Shown here one piece after another: positions 26,464-39,239 of a DNA stretch of 64,000 bases. The notes under the pieces are model-generated. The model ran no database searches and was not told the origin of the DNA. It was given only the letters and a program-made list of their open reading frames with translations. How positions within the stretch are numbered: the stretch's first letter is position 1; each line of letters opens with the position of its first letter. The position numbers were made by a program, and so were the translations under genes. This stretch comes from Octopus bimaculoides (lineage: Eukaryota): positions 130,627,803 to 130,691,802 of the forward strand of contig NC_068981.1 in the NCBI RefSeq assembly GCF_001194135.2, given 5' to 3'.

Positions 26464-26819
26464 CAGGGGTTCTGAACCATTTTTTATCTATGGACTTCTT
26501 TGATTACTATTTTATTCTGGTGGACCCCCATTGTCATTTGATACTAAAAAAAAAAAATAGTTTTATAAAAACTTCTTTCAAAATTTCTATTTTGTTTTGC
26601 AAACATTCATTTGTGTGGGCTGAAAAATGTAAAATGTTAGAGAGAGGGAAACCTAGCTGTTTCTTGCAATGTATACCAATAATATGTCTAGAGCAAAAAT
26701 TTTTCAGGAGTTCTCAAAATACTATCGAGGATCTCCAATTTACTATTTTGTTATGTAGACCCTGAAAAAATCTTACATGGACCCCCAGGGGTCATATGGA
26801 TCCCCGTTGAGAACCACTG
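26464..26819. mobile_element. hAT-type MITE
   Basis: CAGGGGTTCTGAAC ... TTGAGAACCACTG with TSD ATCTATAC/ATCTATAT. Same family as 17549-17878, in the opposite orientation. Confidence 0.8.
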
Positions 26820-27504
26820 ATCTATATTAGTAAATGCAAATTTCTGTATGTATGACTCAGCCACCACCCACAGAGAGGAGAGTTTACCCCAATAATTAGC
26901 ATAAACTTGGAATCAGAGTAACCCAGAGAGTGTTTCTATGCTACTTTGGTCCACAGACCCGTCAAACCACTCTATAACACCTTTTTTGTGCTGTTTAAAC
27001 CTTTTACTGTGGAAATCAGATATATCTACTTAAAATTTCCTTACCCTTGACTGCAGAAAGCACGTTTTTATAACCAAACTATCTTTTGTTGAGAAATGTC
27101 ATGTTTGAAACAAATTTTTGTTGAGAGATGTCAAGTTTATTGAAAATACCAATTCTATTTTTTTGGTAGATATTTATCATCATTACTGCAATAACCATGA
27201 AATTTAATTTTGCAGTTAAAGTGTTAATGCTGATATTTCAGAGTTTATTGTAAATGATGCTGTACAAATATTTCTTTTATTAAGAAAATTGGAAATGATA
27301 GATCTCATTTTATCTTTACTCATGGAAATACAAAATCTAAGTATTTTAGTTTCAGAAGTAACAGCATAAAGTCTATAAAACTGAATTCTAGGAGGCAAAA
27401 AAAAAATCTGTCATTAAGCTCTCTTTCATGTTATTACAGTTCCCAATTTTCTTTTTATTATTGAACCAATATAAACTTCCTCACTTTCTATTGACAAAAA
27501 TTTA

Positions 27505-27864
27505 TCACCTTTTTACCACCATGACAGATATCCAAAATACAGTGGAGAAGGCTAGCCACTGGATTTGGTTAAAAAGAGACAATGAGCGATGGCTAGAGAA
27601 ATATTGAGCTTTGTTTTTAATAACCAGTTGATCTAGCAAGTGGGGCCTCATATCAGTGAGGGGGGCTGGTGTGCATTGATGCCGTTGAGAGGTAGGCCCC
27701 GAAACAGCACGCATTCTCTCCTGATGACCCCATATACTTGCTGGCTTCCGGTATGCAGAGTTCTCAACTGGTAGCACTTGCATGTGCGAGTTGTTTGCAA
27801 GACATAGTGTTAAACCATTTGTAGTCATTTCATTTAATTGCGCTGCATGCTGCTTTGTTTTCAA
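27505..27864 (-). CDS. Putative terminal coding exon of the CUB-like gene with a hydrophobic C-terminus (GPI-signal or TM-like)
   Basis: 119-codon open frame after AAGCAG|TTG; phase 0 fits the CUB exon donor. Ends FSSHRSLSLFNQIQWLAFSTVFWISVMVVKR*, with AATAAA on the minus strand at 27454-27459. The polypyrimidine tract is weak. Confidence 0.5.
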   Translation of the reverse strand: MKTKQHAAQLNEMTTNGLTLCLANNSHMQVLPVENSAYRKPASIWGHQERMRAVSGPTSQRHQCTPAPLTDMRPHLLDQLVIKNKAQYFSSHRSLSLFNQIQWLAFSTVFWISVMVVKR

Positions 27865-30800
27865 CTGCTTTTAAAGCACACATATGACTCAGATTTGGTG
27901 GATGTGAATAGTTATGAAGAATCTTTTGAATAATATTGGCCAAGTCAAATCATAGCTCAAAGCATTTCTAATGTCATCTCCAATAAACATGGGTTTCTTG
28001 TTTTCTACTGACAGAGTAATATGTATCCTTTAAACAAAAATTTTCTAATTCTTAAAAAAACAAAAAATATCATTGTTTTGCACCATGCACAATGAGATCT
28101 GAAATGATTATTTGCATATTTAGTCTTAATATGTCCAGGTAAATAATCATTTCCATGTAAAGAATTGTTTCAGATCTTGTCATACATAGTTCAAATAACG
28201 ACATTATATCACTTGCCAGATGTAAGCATCCATCAGCAAATGATTTGTTTGCCTAAAATATAAACAAAGCCAGTGGCCGGGTGCTTCAGGCTGATGGAAC
28301 AAAACATATTGAAACACCAGTATCCTAAAATCCCATGTTTCAATGAGTTGAGTCTGTCGAGCACCCTGTTGTCATAAAAGGGAGGAGCTACTCAACTATA
28401 ACATAAATTACAGTGACCAGCATAATTTGTATCTAAACCTGCCTGGAAGTATTAAGTATATACAAATAATCTTTTCTAATTGTTACTAGTTACAAATTCC
28501 ATTTAAAATGTAGAAAAGGATCAAATGATCTGTTCCCCAATCTATCTTAAAGTCTAAGCAATTTTCATAATTGTTAAATTATAGAAAAACTTGAATAAGT
28601 TTTGTACCATGAGATCCAGGACCATCTTAGCAGCATTAAAGGCCCTTGTGCATATCAATATATTGGGCCCCATAGTATTATTTATTGACAGCAAGCCAGA
28701 ACACACATAAAACAGAATTGGGACCCCGAGACCTATGAGACCCTCAGGCAACTGCCTCTGCATGTCCATGCTTTAGGACAACACTAATCTGATAAGATCC
28801 GAGGTCATCACTTAGGAAGAGTGCAAAAACGAGAAAGTGAAAGTGAAAGAAGAGTACTGTTGAGGGGTAGATGTGGAAGGAGAGGGTAGATGGATTGGGT
28901 TGCTGTCTTTGGTTTAGACAGTGCTTATGGCACAAAATCCAGCACCTATGATTTACTAATAAAGCTGATTCTTGTATAGAATAAAACTTATATTCTTTAA
29001 CTTGTTTCAGTCATTGGACTGCGGCTATGCTGGAGCACTGCCTTGAGGAATTTTAGTTGAATTAATCAACCCTAGTTCTTATTTTCTTTTTAAGCCTGGT
29101 AATTATTCTATTGGTGTCTTTTGCTGAACCGCTAAGTTACAGGGATGTAAACACACCAACACTGACTATCAAGTGGTGGTGGAGGACAAACATACACGTT
29201 CACACATATTTACAACGAGCTTCTTTCGGTTTCAGTCTACCAGATCCACTCACAAGGCTTTAGTTGGCCCAAGCCTATAGTAGAAGATACTTGCCCAAGG
29301 TGCCATGCAGTAGGCCACGCCTGCATCTATATTTATTCATTGCCAATTTGATTGTTAGGGCTTTGTCTTGTTGCATTTTGATGATTGATATTTTGTCAGA
29401 GTCCCTATACCATTGAGTCTAGAGTGATGAAACAACAATGCACTGAGAGAGAGAGATAGAGATAGAGAGAGCGTGCACATGCACATGCGTGTGTAATAAT
29501 CATCCATATGCTTATTATCAAGGCACTGGAAATTATTTGCTTCAAAATATGAGAAGAAACAACCCATATAAATGTCTAAATTTGCAGAAGTATTCAACCC
29601 TACAAGCATTGAAATGGGGAAAATAAAAATAGTAAATAAAGCTGAAAGAATATTAAAAAAGCAAAATTCCCCTGCATAAAACTTATTAATGAATATAAAA
29701 TGTCTAAGTTGGTGAGAAATTGAGGGAGTCAAGCATAAACTTTGGCACTATAGCACCTTCCGTTGGAACAGTGCCACAGAACTGTATTAGGATATCTATC
29801 TGTATGTGTCAGTGTCTTTTACATATACACATACACATATTATATACATTGCAAAATAGAAATGATAACAAGTAAACATATCATCTCAGAGTAATGGAGA
29901 AATAATTGCTAGACAGGCAATATTGAAGATGACAATATGATAGATGGGAGAGCAGACACATGTTTGAAGAACTACATAATTTTATTGTCCTTCAAGTACA
30001 CTATATGCCTAGTGGATGACAAGTTAACATACTGGGGTTGCTTGTCCAAAATGTCAAACTTTGCTCTAGGCTTTGTGAGTGAAACTGGGTAGAAGCCTAT
30101 CGAGTGGACTCTGATCTGTATAATGTGCAAGTGGTGAGAACGAAGGACAAGATATCCTTTACTGTTCCAGAACCAATAAAAAGAAGTACCAGTCCAGGCA
30201 ATGGATTAGAAGAATAGTGGGTCACATGAAATGCCTTGCAGCATTTATTCCAGCTCTTGGTGTTCTGACTTCTTCAGCGATGGATTTAACCCTTTGCTTG
30301 TCCCGTGTATGTAACATATTTCCCTGGCATCCATACATCATATATGATACACATTCCCAATTTTTTCCCAACCATCAAAGTAATTTGTGACTTTTGAAAG
30401 AAAAGCTTTACACCATCACCACCATTGTTAAACAATGATGGTGATGATGATGCATGAAACTAAGAGTAACTAAAAACCTGGAAACGAGCATAGATGAAAA
30501 TGCTTTGGACTGGCACAGGGTTATTTTGTGGTCAAGTTTAACACCACCTCTGGTCCTTATAATTTATTTGTCTTCCAACTCAGAAAAGATACTCAACAAA
30601 AGGTTGTGGACATTGCCCTTCGTCTTCTGATTAAACCCTAACAAAAATATTTCTCAGCTAGTGGGCAAGATGCCACATGACTCTAGTAGTGTCTCTATCC
30701 AATGCAAATTTGACAATCAAGAGCTGAAATGTAATCATGTTGTGTACACATAGCAATAATCATTACTTTGTAGCTTCTAATTAAGGAGCATGTCTTTGTT

Positions 30801-31615
30801 TGCCACAGTCCAGCTGGACCCCCCCCCCCCCAAGTTTTTTCACAGTGGGAAGGAACAGAACATTAAACCCAAAGTAAGCAGCATTTCCATTTCATAACAG
30901 CATGTCCAGCAGTAAGGAGAATGAATTAGAAATAATACATTCCAAAAGATAAAACTAATTTAGCAGTTTTTATGAATTGTTTTTCTATGTCTGTCCAAGC
31001 TGAAAGTCTGTTACCTCTGTTACGCTCAGTTGAATAAAGACACAGCATCATCTAATTTAACTTATATCATCATCATCTATTTATATCCATTTACTCATGC
31101 TGGCATGGGTGGTACAGATCTTGCTACATGTGATTCTTAGTCATCTAACACACACAATAAAGACAACTTTGTTGTTGTGTGGTTGCTACAGCTAGATACC
31201 CTTTCTGCCATCAACTAACTACTCTACAGCATGAATAGAGTGCATTTGATTTTGCCACTTGCATCAGAGAAGTTATTTATAGCAAGATTAAGTGTCTGCA
31301 CAAACCTACACTGGTTCTTATTTAGAGTTACTGCCCTCCTAGATGGTTTGCCTTTGATGTAGCTTGAGGAATCTATGTCTCTTTCTATCATCCCTTCACT
31401 TTTTTTCGACATTTATGACATACACCTTGATATTGATTTCTCATTCAAATGCAAAACTATCTGTTTAAGAAATAAGTGTAGTCAGTTGCAATTGCCCTCA
31501 ACACAGTGATAATACTTACTTTATTGACAGCTTCTCCTTAGAGGAATGAAAAGCAGAGATGACCTCAGTAACATTAGAGATTGGATCAGAGAGGATGGAA
31601 CTAAATACCATAGCA

Positions 31616-32113
31616 CAGTGGTTCCCAAACTATGAGTCGCGACTCACTGATGGGTCGTGAATGGAATCCTAGTGGGTCGCAAAAAGTTATAAAATTACGC
31701 ATTAGCTTTGATTAACTACTGTCTATCGAGATAGTTCAAGACTCATGTTTTCAATACCAGACTGGTTGTACCCAATCATTTCCACCGAAGCATTAAAAGT
31801 AATTCTCCCTTTCGCATCATAATTGTGAAGCTGGATTTCCAGCAATGGTTGGGATTAAAAGCAAATTTCGAAATAAACTGCAGCTCTCAAATTCTTTATG
31901 GCTGAAACTATCACGCATTGAACCCAATGTTAATTCTATTATTGAGTGTAGCAAGAAACAGGCTCATCCTTCTCACAGGCCTCAATGAAAATGTAATCTG
32001 AAATAAATTTGTTTTTTTCTTTAATGTTTTTACCCAGTAGAGTTTTAAGTGGGTCGCCATAAACTGGTGTCATAAATAGTGGGTCGCGTCTCAAAAAAGT
32101 TTGGTAACCACGG
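31616..32113 (+). mobile_element. hAT (Buster/Charlie-type) deletion derivative
   Basis: TIRs CAGTGGTTCCCAAACT and AGTTTGGTAACCACGG; perfect 8-bp TSD CCATAGCA. Interior remnant ILPFAS..CEAGF.AMVGIKSKFRNKL...LKLSRIEP...KKQAHPSH. Confidence 0.85.
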
Positions 32114-32840
32114 CCATAGCATATTTAGGTTCAGGTGTAGCTGTGTGGTAAGAAGTTTGCTTTCCAACTACATGATTCTGGGTTCAGTCCCACTGTGTGA
32201 TACCTTGGGCAAGTGTGTTCTACTATAGCCCTGGGCCAACCAAAGCCTTCTGAGTTATTTGGTACATGGAAATTGAAAACAAACCTATCATGTGTGTGTG
32301 TGTGTGTGTGTTACTATCTCCTTGCTTAGTGAAAAGAAAAAAAAATTATGAAGCAGTGGAAAGTAAAGGAAAGAACAGAAGTTGGCTGAGATCAAGAAAT
32401 AATTAATGAAGATCTTAATTTAGGGTTAGTGATTCTGATATATTTCTTTTTGTTGTAAATTCCCACATGACAAAGTACAGCTCATCCCTAAGAATAAAAT
32501 TTTGCATGATTTTTTAACAACTCAACATTTCAGTCTGGTACATGTCTAGCAAGTAACTTGATATGAGACCATGTGTTGAAACTGAAGCAATTTTATCACG
32601 GAAAAACCATCTTAGTCATCTAAAAACACACAATAATTGTTAAATTCATTCTCTGCTTATTCTGTGAGGTGTGTCTTAGTCCTTTAGCACTTAACCTGGC
32701 CATATCTGGCCCAAATATTCTGTTTTATGTTCAAACTGACCAAATCTGGCCATCACACCTATCTTACAATGTCTCTCTAAAAATAAACAATCACATTACT
32801 GAGATCTCATATCTACAAGACACTGTTTTGAACTAATCAA

Positions 32841-33187
32841 GCGGTCAAAGGATCGCGGTTTTGATTCCCAGACTGGGCGTTGTGAGTGTTTATTGAGCAA
32901 AAACACCTAAAGCTCCACGAGGTTCCGGCAGGGGATGGTGGCGAACCCTGCTGTACTCTTTCACCACAACTTTCTCTCACTCTTACTTCCTGTTTCTGTT
33001 GTGCCTGCAATTCAAAGAGTCAGCCTTGTCACACTGTGTCACGCTGAATATCCCCGAGAGCTACGTTAAGGGTACGTGTCTGTGGAGTGCTCAGCCACTT
33101 GCATGTTAATTTCATGAGCAGGCTGTTCCGTTGATCGGATCAACTGGAACCCTCAACGTCGTAAGCGACGGAGTGCCAACAACGACG
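32841..33187 (+). mobile_element. SINE family C copy
   Basis: Reverse complement of the 23791-24177 body. Confidence 0.8.
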
Positions 33188-33375
33188 AAATACCAGTCAA
33201 TCACCACTCACTGGCATTTATTCTAACCTTGGCGAGATGAAAGGTAATGTTCATACCTACCAAAATTTGAACTTAGAACATGAATTTATTTTAGAGCAAC
33301 TACTACAGAGATACTAGGAATATGAAAAAAAAAAATTCCATGTGTGATGTAAAAAAAAGAGTAATGACCCCTTGA

Positions 33376-33690
33376 ATGATCATGGGATTGTACCTAGAAA
33401 GTTTCCCTCCAGGGCACAAGTCTGGGCAAGGTTTATGGAATGACCAGCAATCGCCCATGGATACCAGCCTCCCCTCTCCATACCAGTTATGTTATCCAAG
33501 AGAAAGACAATGGCTGATACAGCTTGGCACCAGTGACGTCGCAACTCATTTCTATAGCTGAGCGAAGTGGAGCAACATAAAATAAAGTGTCGTGTTCAAA
33601 GAACACAACACAGCCCAGTTCAAGAATCGAATTCACTACCTCATGATTGTGAGCCTGACGCTCTAACCACTGAACCATGTATCTTCACAT
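33376..33690 (-). mobile_element. tRNA-derived SINE family D
   Basis: Head ATGGTTCAGTGGTTAGAGCGTCAGGCTCACAATCATGAGGTAGTGAATTCGATTCT is tRNA-like. An older copy lies at ~63235-63400 (+). Confidence 0.7.
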
Positions 33691-34806
33691 GTGTGATGTA
33701 ATGGAGGAGTAAGTGATGGTAGTGGTGGTGGCGGGTGACAAAGAGTATGGTGAGTGTCAATGGAGACAACACTAAGGGAATGAGGAATAATGATGATGAT
33801 GATGATGATGATGATGAAGGCATTGATAATAGTATGGTGCAGTAGGTGGACTGGGAAAACATGACACCAATGATAATATAGCAATGGCATTGATAAGGTA
33901 GGTGGCAGGTGATGAAGGTTTAGAGTGTGGAGGAAAAGTGGGTGTTCGTAATGATAACGTTGATGTTATTGGTGGTGATGGTATGGAAAATATGTGAAAG
34001 ATAAAAAGCAATACCTCAGCGATAAGATTGATAAGAGACAGGGGGGGAGGAGAGAGAGAGAGAGAGGGGTGGTGGTGGTGGTAAAATTATTTAAAATTAT
34101 TTTACATTTAAATACAAAAGGACCAAAAGATGAAAAAATATAGGGATATATGGTTGATATATAGGGATATAAAGGTAATGTTCATACCTNNNNNNNNNNN
34201 NNNNNNNNNNNNNNNNNNNNNNNNNNNNNNNNNNNNNNNNNNNNNNNNNNNNNNNNNNNNNNNNNNNNNNNNNNNNNNNNNNNNNNNNNNNNNNNNNNNN
34301 NNNNNNNNNNNNNNNNNNNNNNNNNNNNNNNNNNNNNNNNNNNNNNNNNNNNNNNNNNNNNNNNNNNNNNNNNNNNNNNNNNNNNNNNNNNNNNNNNNNN
34401 NNNNNNNNNNNNNNNNNNNNNNNNNNNNNNNNNNNNNNNNNNNNNNNNNNNNNNNNNNNNNNNNNNNNNNNNNNNNNNNNNNNNNNNNNNNNNNNNNNNN
34501 NNNNNNNNNNNNNNNNNNNNNNNNNNNNNNNNNNNNNNNNNNNNNNNNNNNNNNNNNNNNNNNNNNNNNNNNNNNNNNNNNNNNNNNNNNNNNNNNNNNN
34601 NNNNNNNNNNNNNNNNNNNNNNNNNNNNNNNNNNNNNNNNNNNNNNNNNNNNNNNNNNNNNNNNNNNNNNNNNNNNNNNNNNNNNNNNNNNNNNNNNNNN
34701 NNNNNNNNNNNNNNNNNNNNNNNNNNNNNNNNNNNNNNNNNNNNNNNNNNNNNNNNNNNNNNNNNNNNNNNNNNNNNNNNNNNNNNNNNNNNNNNNNNNN
34801 NNNNNN

Positions 34807-35095
34807 NCACAGACACGTGTGCTCTTAACGTAGTTCTCAGGGGAGATTCAGTGTGACACAGAGTGTGACAAGGCTGGCCCTTTGAATTACAGGCACAACA
34901 GAAACAGGAAGTAAGAGTGAGAGAAAGTTGTGGTGAAAGAGTACAGCAGGGTTCGCCACCATCCCCTGCCGGAGCCTTGTGAAGCTTTTAGGTGTTTTCG
35001 CTCAATAAACACTCACAACGCCTGGTCTGGGAATCGAAACCGCGATCCTATGACCGCAAGTCCGCTGCCCTAACCACTGGGCCATTGCACCTCCA
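34807..35095 (-). mobile_element. SINE family C copy, cut by an N gap
   Basis: High identity to 23900-24177. Confidence 0.8.
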
Positions 35096-35579
35096 CTAGC
35101 TGTAAGTCAACTCCTGCAGGAAAAGACATGAGCAAGGAGAAAATTCTAAAGAGAAGATTTTTAGGGGAGGAGGTGGAGAAAGGATTGGGCATAATGGTGT
35201 TGCAAAGGTTTGGACACAGCAAAAGTGACAAGTGGAAAGGTGAAAGAGCCAGAGGTGTCTGAATAGTGGAGGTATGAGACCATCTAGCTCACAGGAAAAG
35301 AGGACATTATAGTAGTGACAGAAGAGAGAGAGAGAGAGAGAAAACCTGATGGATCAGTGCTGACCTGAGGTTAAATAACAACAACAACAGCCACAAGATC
35401 TTGCACTGCCACTAAGACACAATAGAATGTAATTCCCACCCATCCATCCATTACTGGCCATAAATAACAAAAGAACAATAATCAAAGAAAGAACAATCAA
35501 ACAAACTCACCCCATGCCATAGAGGTCACAGCCTCAAAACCCACAGAACCCCAAAACACAAAAACTGATACTTACTTAC

Positions 35580-35968
35580 TTTCAGCTGAAAGTCAAGATA
35601 CAATGTATGTCCAGTTCGCTGTTTGGGGTCCCATTTATAAATCAGCGTTAAGTTATTGGCGTGTGAGGGAAAGACTGGAGGGTCTTTGAGAAGTTTTTGA
35701 ACAGGACAGATAATTCCCATACGGAATTCTTCACCACTCGTATTGCGTTCAGTAATGCTGATCTTTGGTAAACATTCCATTGAAACGGTGGAGCTGTTTG
35801 CTGGCTGCCACGGAACTTCAAAGCCACGAAGGTCAGTGAAGTTCAGTTCAATGTACACCTTTGTCTTGGCAATAATGTACAAGTCACAGGCGTGCTGATC
35901 TGTAGTGTCATACTGCTTTGAATAAACAATCAAGACACTCTTGTTGCTCAACGTCGGACCACAGTCAC
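35580..35968 (-). CDS. Internal coding exon encoding a complete CUB-like domain of a probable secreted or cell-surface protein
   Basis: Acceptor tctctatttccAG|GT at 35970-35969 and donor AAA|GTAAGT at 35579. The 389-nt exon is open (phase 1 to phase 0): DCGPTLSNKSVLIVYSKQYDTTDQHACDLYIIAKTKVYIELNF...MECLPKISI...MGIICPVQ...NNLTLIY...LYLDFQLK. Four Cys and the I-x-L-x-F and L-x-L-x-Y strands match CUB spacing, judged by eye. Confidence 0.75.
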
Positions 35969-36113
35969 CTGGAAATAGAGAGAGAGAGACAAAATAATTG
36001 AGGTGTAATATTCAATTAAGAAGTAGTAATAAAAAGGTTTTGTTCAGGTGTTAGATGCAACAAACAGAATGAGATGTGAAAGACATGAGAGGAGGAGGAG
36101 TAAACAACATTAA

Positions 36114-36330
36114 TCCCTTGCAGACGGATTTAGTATTGACAGTCTGTGCTGCGTAATGATATTAGGCCTTTCAGTAACATTATTTTTCATACATGGAATT
36201 TTACAATGTATTTACGGATTCTTCTCAGTGTGGTATATTTGAAAACACAGTGCCACACAGTGTGAGACCTTGCACTGCTCACATACGCAGTATTTCAATG
36301 CGGTCAGTAATGCTTCGTCTCTGCAAGGGG
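36114..36330. mobile_element. piggyBac-type MITE
   Basis: TTAA on both sides (36110-36113 and 36331-36334); TIRs TCCCTTGCAGA and TCTGCAAGGGG. Confidence 0.7.
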
Positions 36331-36963
36331 TTAAGGAAAAAGGGGAGAAATCAGATAGGGTTAAGATTGAAGAAGGGACAACTTATTGAGGGTTAAGGAG
36401 ACAGAGGGGAGATCAGATTGAGGATTAAAGAGACAGGAAGAGGAGTAGATTGAGGGCTAAGACTGTAGAAGGAATAGTAGACAAAAAGTTCAGAAGAGAA
36501 GATGAAAACATGACGGTTTTGTTAAAGAGGCATGAGTGGTAGATAAAAGGTTAAAGACTAAAGGGGACAGTGTAGAGCACTGAAAAGTGATAAAGGGACA
36601 GTGTACAGCTGCAAGAAGAGATAAGGAAACAGGAAAGGGAGAAGACAGATGGAAAGAAAGAAACAGGCATTTGATGTAAGATAACTGCATTAGAAAGTAT
36701 GTGTCTGCAAATGTATATGTGTGTATGCAAAAGCACGTGTGTATATTTGCATGTAAGTAATGCATCATGTACGTGTAAGCATAAATGAATGTGTTTCAGT
36801 GCACATGTACATGTCAACTGGTGTATGTGTGCAGATGCATCTTTATCTAAGTTCAAATGTAGATGAATGTGCATGCATATAAAGATGTATGTATGTATGT
36901 ATTTGTCTACTTATCTCTCTGTTTAGCTATGTAGATATATGATTGTATTATTTAACATATCTG

Positions 36964-36994
<31 letters not shown>

Positions 36995-37367
36995 TTGTGC
37001 TGGAATGTATGCACATGTATACTTGCATAAAGATAACTATGGCTATTTACAAGTAAATGCTTGTACATGGCACGCATATAAGCATATCAGAACACTATTA
37101 GAATGCATATATGCATAAAAGCATGTAAGTGCATGCGTAATAAATCTCTGCATGTGTGAATATGAAAGAATGCATAAGTGTACACATAATAAACATGTGT
37201 CTAAAGTGCAAATGGTTAACCAGGATTGTATGTCTGCAAAGGCAAAAACAGACAAAGAAGAGCAATGGACTTAAACCATTACTAGCTAGTAATCAATAAA
37301 ATCTGATACATAGTGATATCAATAAAGCTGAGTTTCTGCTCATTCATCAATGTAACAGAGAACATAC

Positions 37368-37422
37368 GCCGAGACAGCATTTTTCTGTCAATAATGTGCA
37401 ACACATTTGGAGGTCCAATCAC
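37368..37422 (-). CDS. Candidate small linker exon (VIGPPNVLHIIDRKMLSR) upstream of the CUB exon
   Basis: gtatgtttcaaAG|GTG acceptor and GGC|GTATGT donor. 55 nt, phase 0 to phase 1, which fits the phase-1 start of the CUB exon. No homology evidence. Confidence 0.25.
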
Positions 37423-37741
37423 CTTTGAAACATACCACAAAAATTTTATGGTGCTTTTACAAGTATTAGTTGCACCACCGTGAATGTAGTAGACAGAAAA
37501 CATGGTTTTTCACACACACACACACACACACAATCTTTACATACATATATATACGATGTTGAAGGCTGCTTCACAAAAAAATGAAAAATATATAAGAGGA
37601 GTGGAGGAAACATCAATGGTTCAGTATATTATAGAGATACAGGCTTGAACGTCATGTATGCTGCTCCTTAAGTATCCATAGTTTTAATATCCAGTGACAA
37701 AGAAGTGTTAGATAACTGGTAACTGTTTGAACTACAGGTAT

Positions 37742-37964
37742 TATGAGGGGTGCTGAAAAGTTCCTGGCCTTGGGTACAATAAAAATACAGGAGGATCAGT
37801 TAATTATGATTTTATTCAACATATTTCCCTCTCAGACTCACATACTTATTGTAGCAGTCTTTCAGTTTTTTTTAAGTCCTGTAAAAGAACTCAGAAAGTT
37901 AGGCCTCGAATTAGGCCTTTCACAAAACCCTTAAAGCAAGGAACTTTTCAGCATCCGCTTGTGT
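37742..37964. mobile_element. Mariner-type MITE
   Basis: Imperfect TIRs TATGAGGGGTGCTGAAAAGTTCC and GGAACTTTTCAGCATCCGCTTGT; non-coding interior. Confidence 0.65.
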
Positions 37965-38968
37965 ATCAAGATCTCTTCAGGAATTTTTTGATAAAAAGGA
38001 TGCCCACAATACAATTCAATAAGAGGTATATTTTGGTATTTTCTCCTTCTAGATCTTTTACTGAATGCCAAAACACAAACCTGGGTGTCTTCAAGCTCCA
38101 CACACAGTATGTCTGTCTGTCTATCTAAGTTGCAATGATGAAGTCAAACCAAATAGTGATGTTTTGAAATTGTTTAATATGCACAAAATAAAATAGGAAA
38201 TGCATCCGTTACATAAACTTTCCTCAGTTAAAACATCTCAAAATATGAAGGATATAGAGGTACACATACATAAAAGGTACACACACACACATGATGGGTT
38301 TCTTTCAGTTTCCATTTCTCAAACTATTCACAAGGCTTCGGTTGGCCCAAAGCTATAGTAGAAGGCACTTGCCTAAGGTGCCACACACTGAAACTGAAGC
38401 CAGAACCATGTGGTTGAGAAGCAAGCTTTTTACCACACAACCATGCCTGCGTGTGTATACATTACACACACACTGTATGAATAAATATAAATGCCATCAT
38501 CATTTCAAAATTTACTTTTCCATGCTTGCATGGGCCAGACAGAGATAAATGAAGCAGATACCCTCACTGTCACCAACCCTTATTTGTTTTCAAACAAGGT
38601 AATATTTTCCCATGGTCAGACATCGTTCTGCAGAATACTGGCAAAGTATGATACCACTTATATAACAATGACTCATTTACAACTCTCATGCGATGTCAAA
38701 ACAAACGTAACACACACACACACAATCAAATGACAAATGCTTGTATGACACTGACATTCACTTATCACACAGCACCACAAACACACACACATATGAAGAG
38801 CTTCATTCAATCTCTTTCTGGCAAACCCACATGCAGGCATAGCTGTTTGGTAAAGTGTTCTATACTACAGTCAGAGGCTAACCAAATCCTTCTGAATAGA
38901 TGGAAATTGTATTTTAAATTGTCTGAAGACCCTGCATACCTGCAGGTAAAAACACATGTATATATACA

Positions 38969-39027
<59 letters not shown>

Positions 39028-39239
39028 CAAAGGAATTCCAACTCTGTTTTTTATGTTTTATTTATATTCTTATAATATTAATGTAGGATATAGAATATAT
39101 AGTATATATAGTAGGTATAGTAAAATGAAATGAAGTATTGATTGTCTTATTGAATAAATGAAATAATGAATATTAAATATTAAAGGACTAGTATACTTTC
39201 TTACATTTTAGCAATCTTGAAAACCTCGCTCAAATGATT

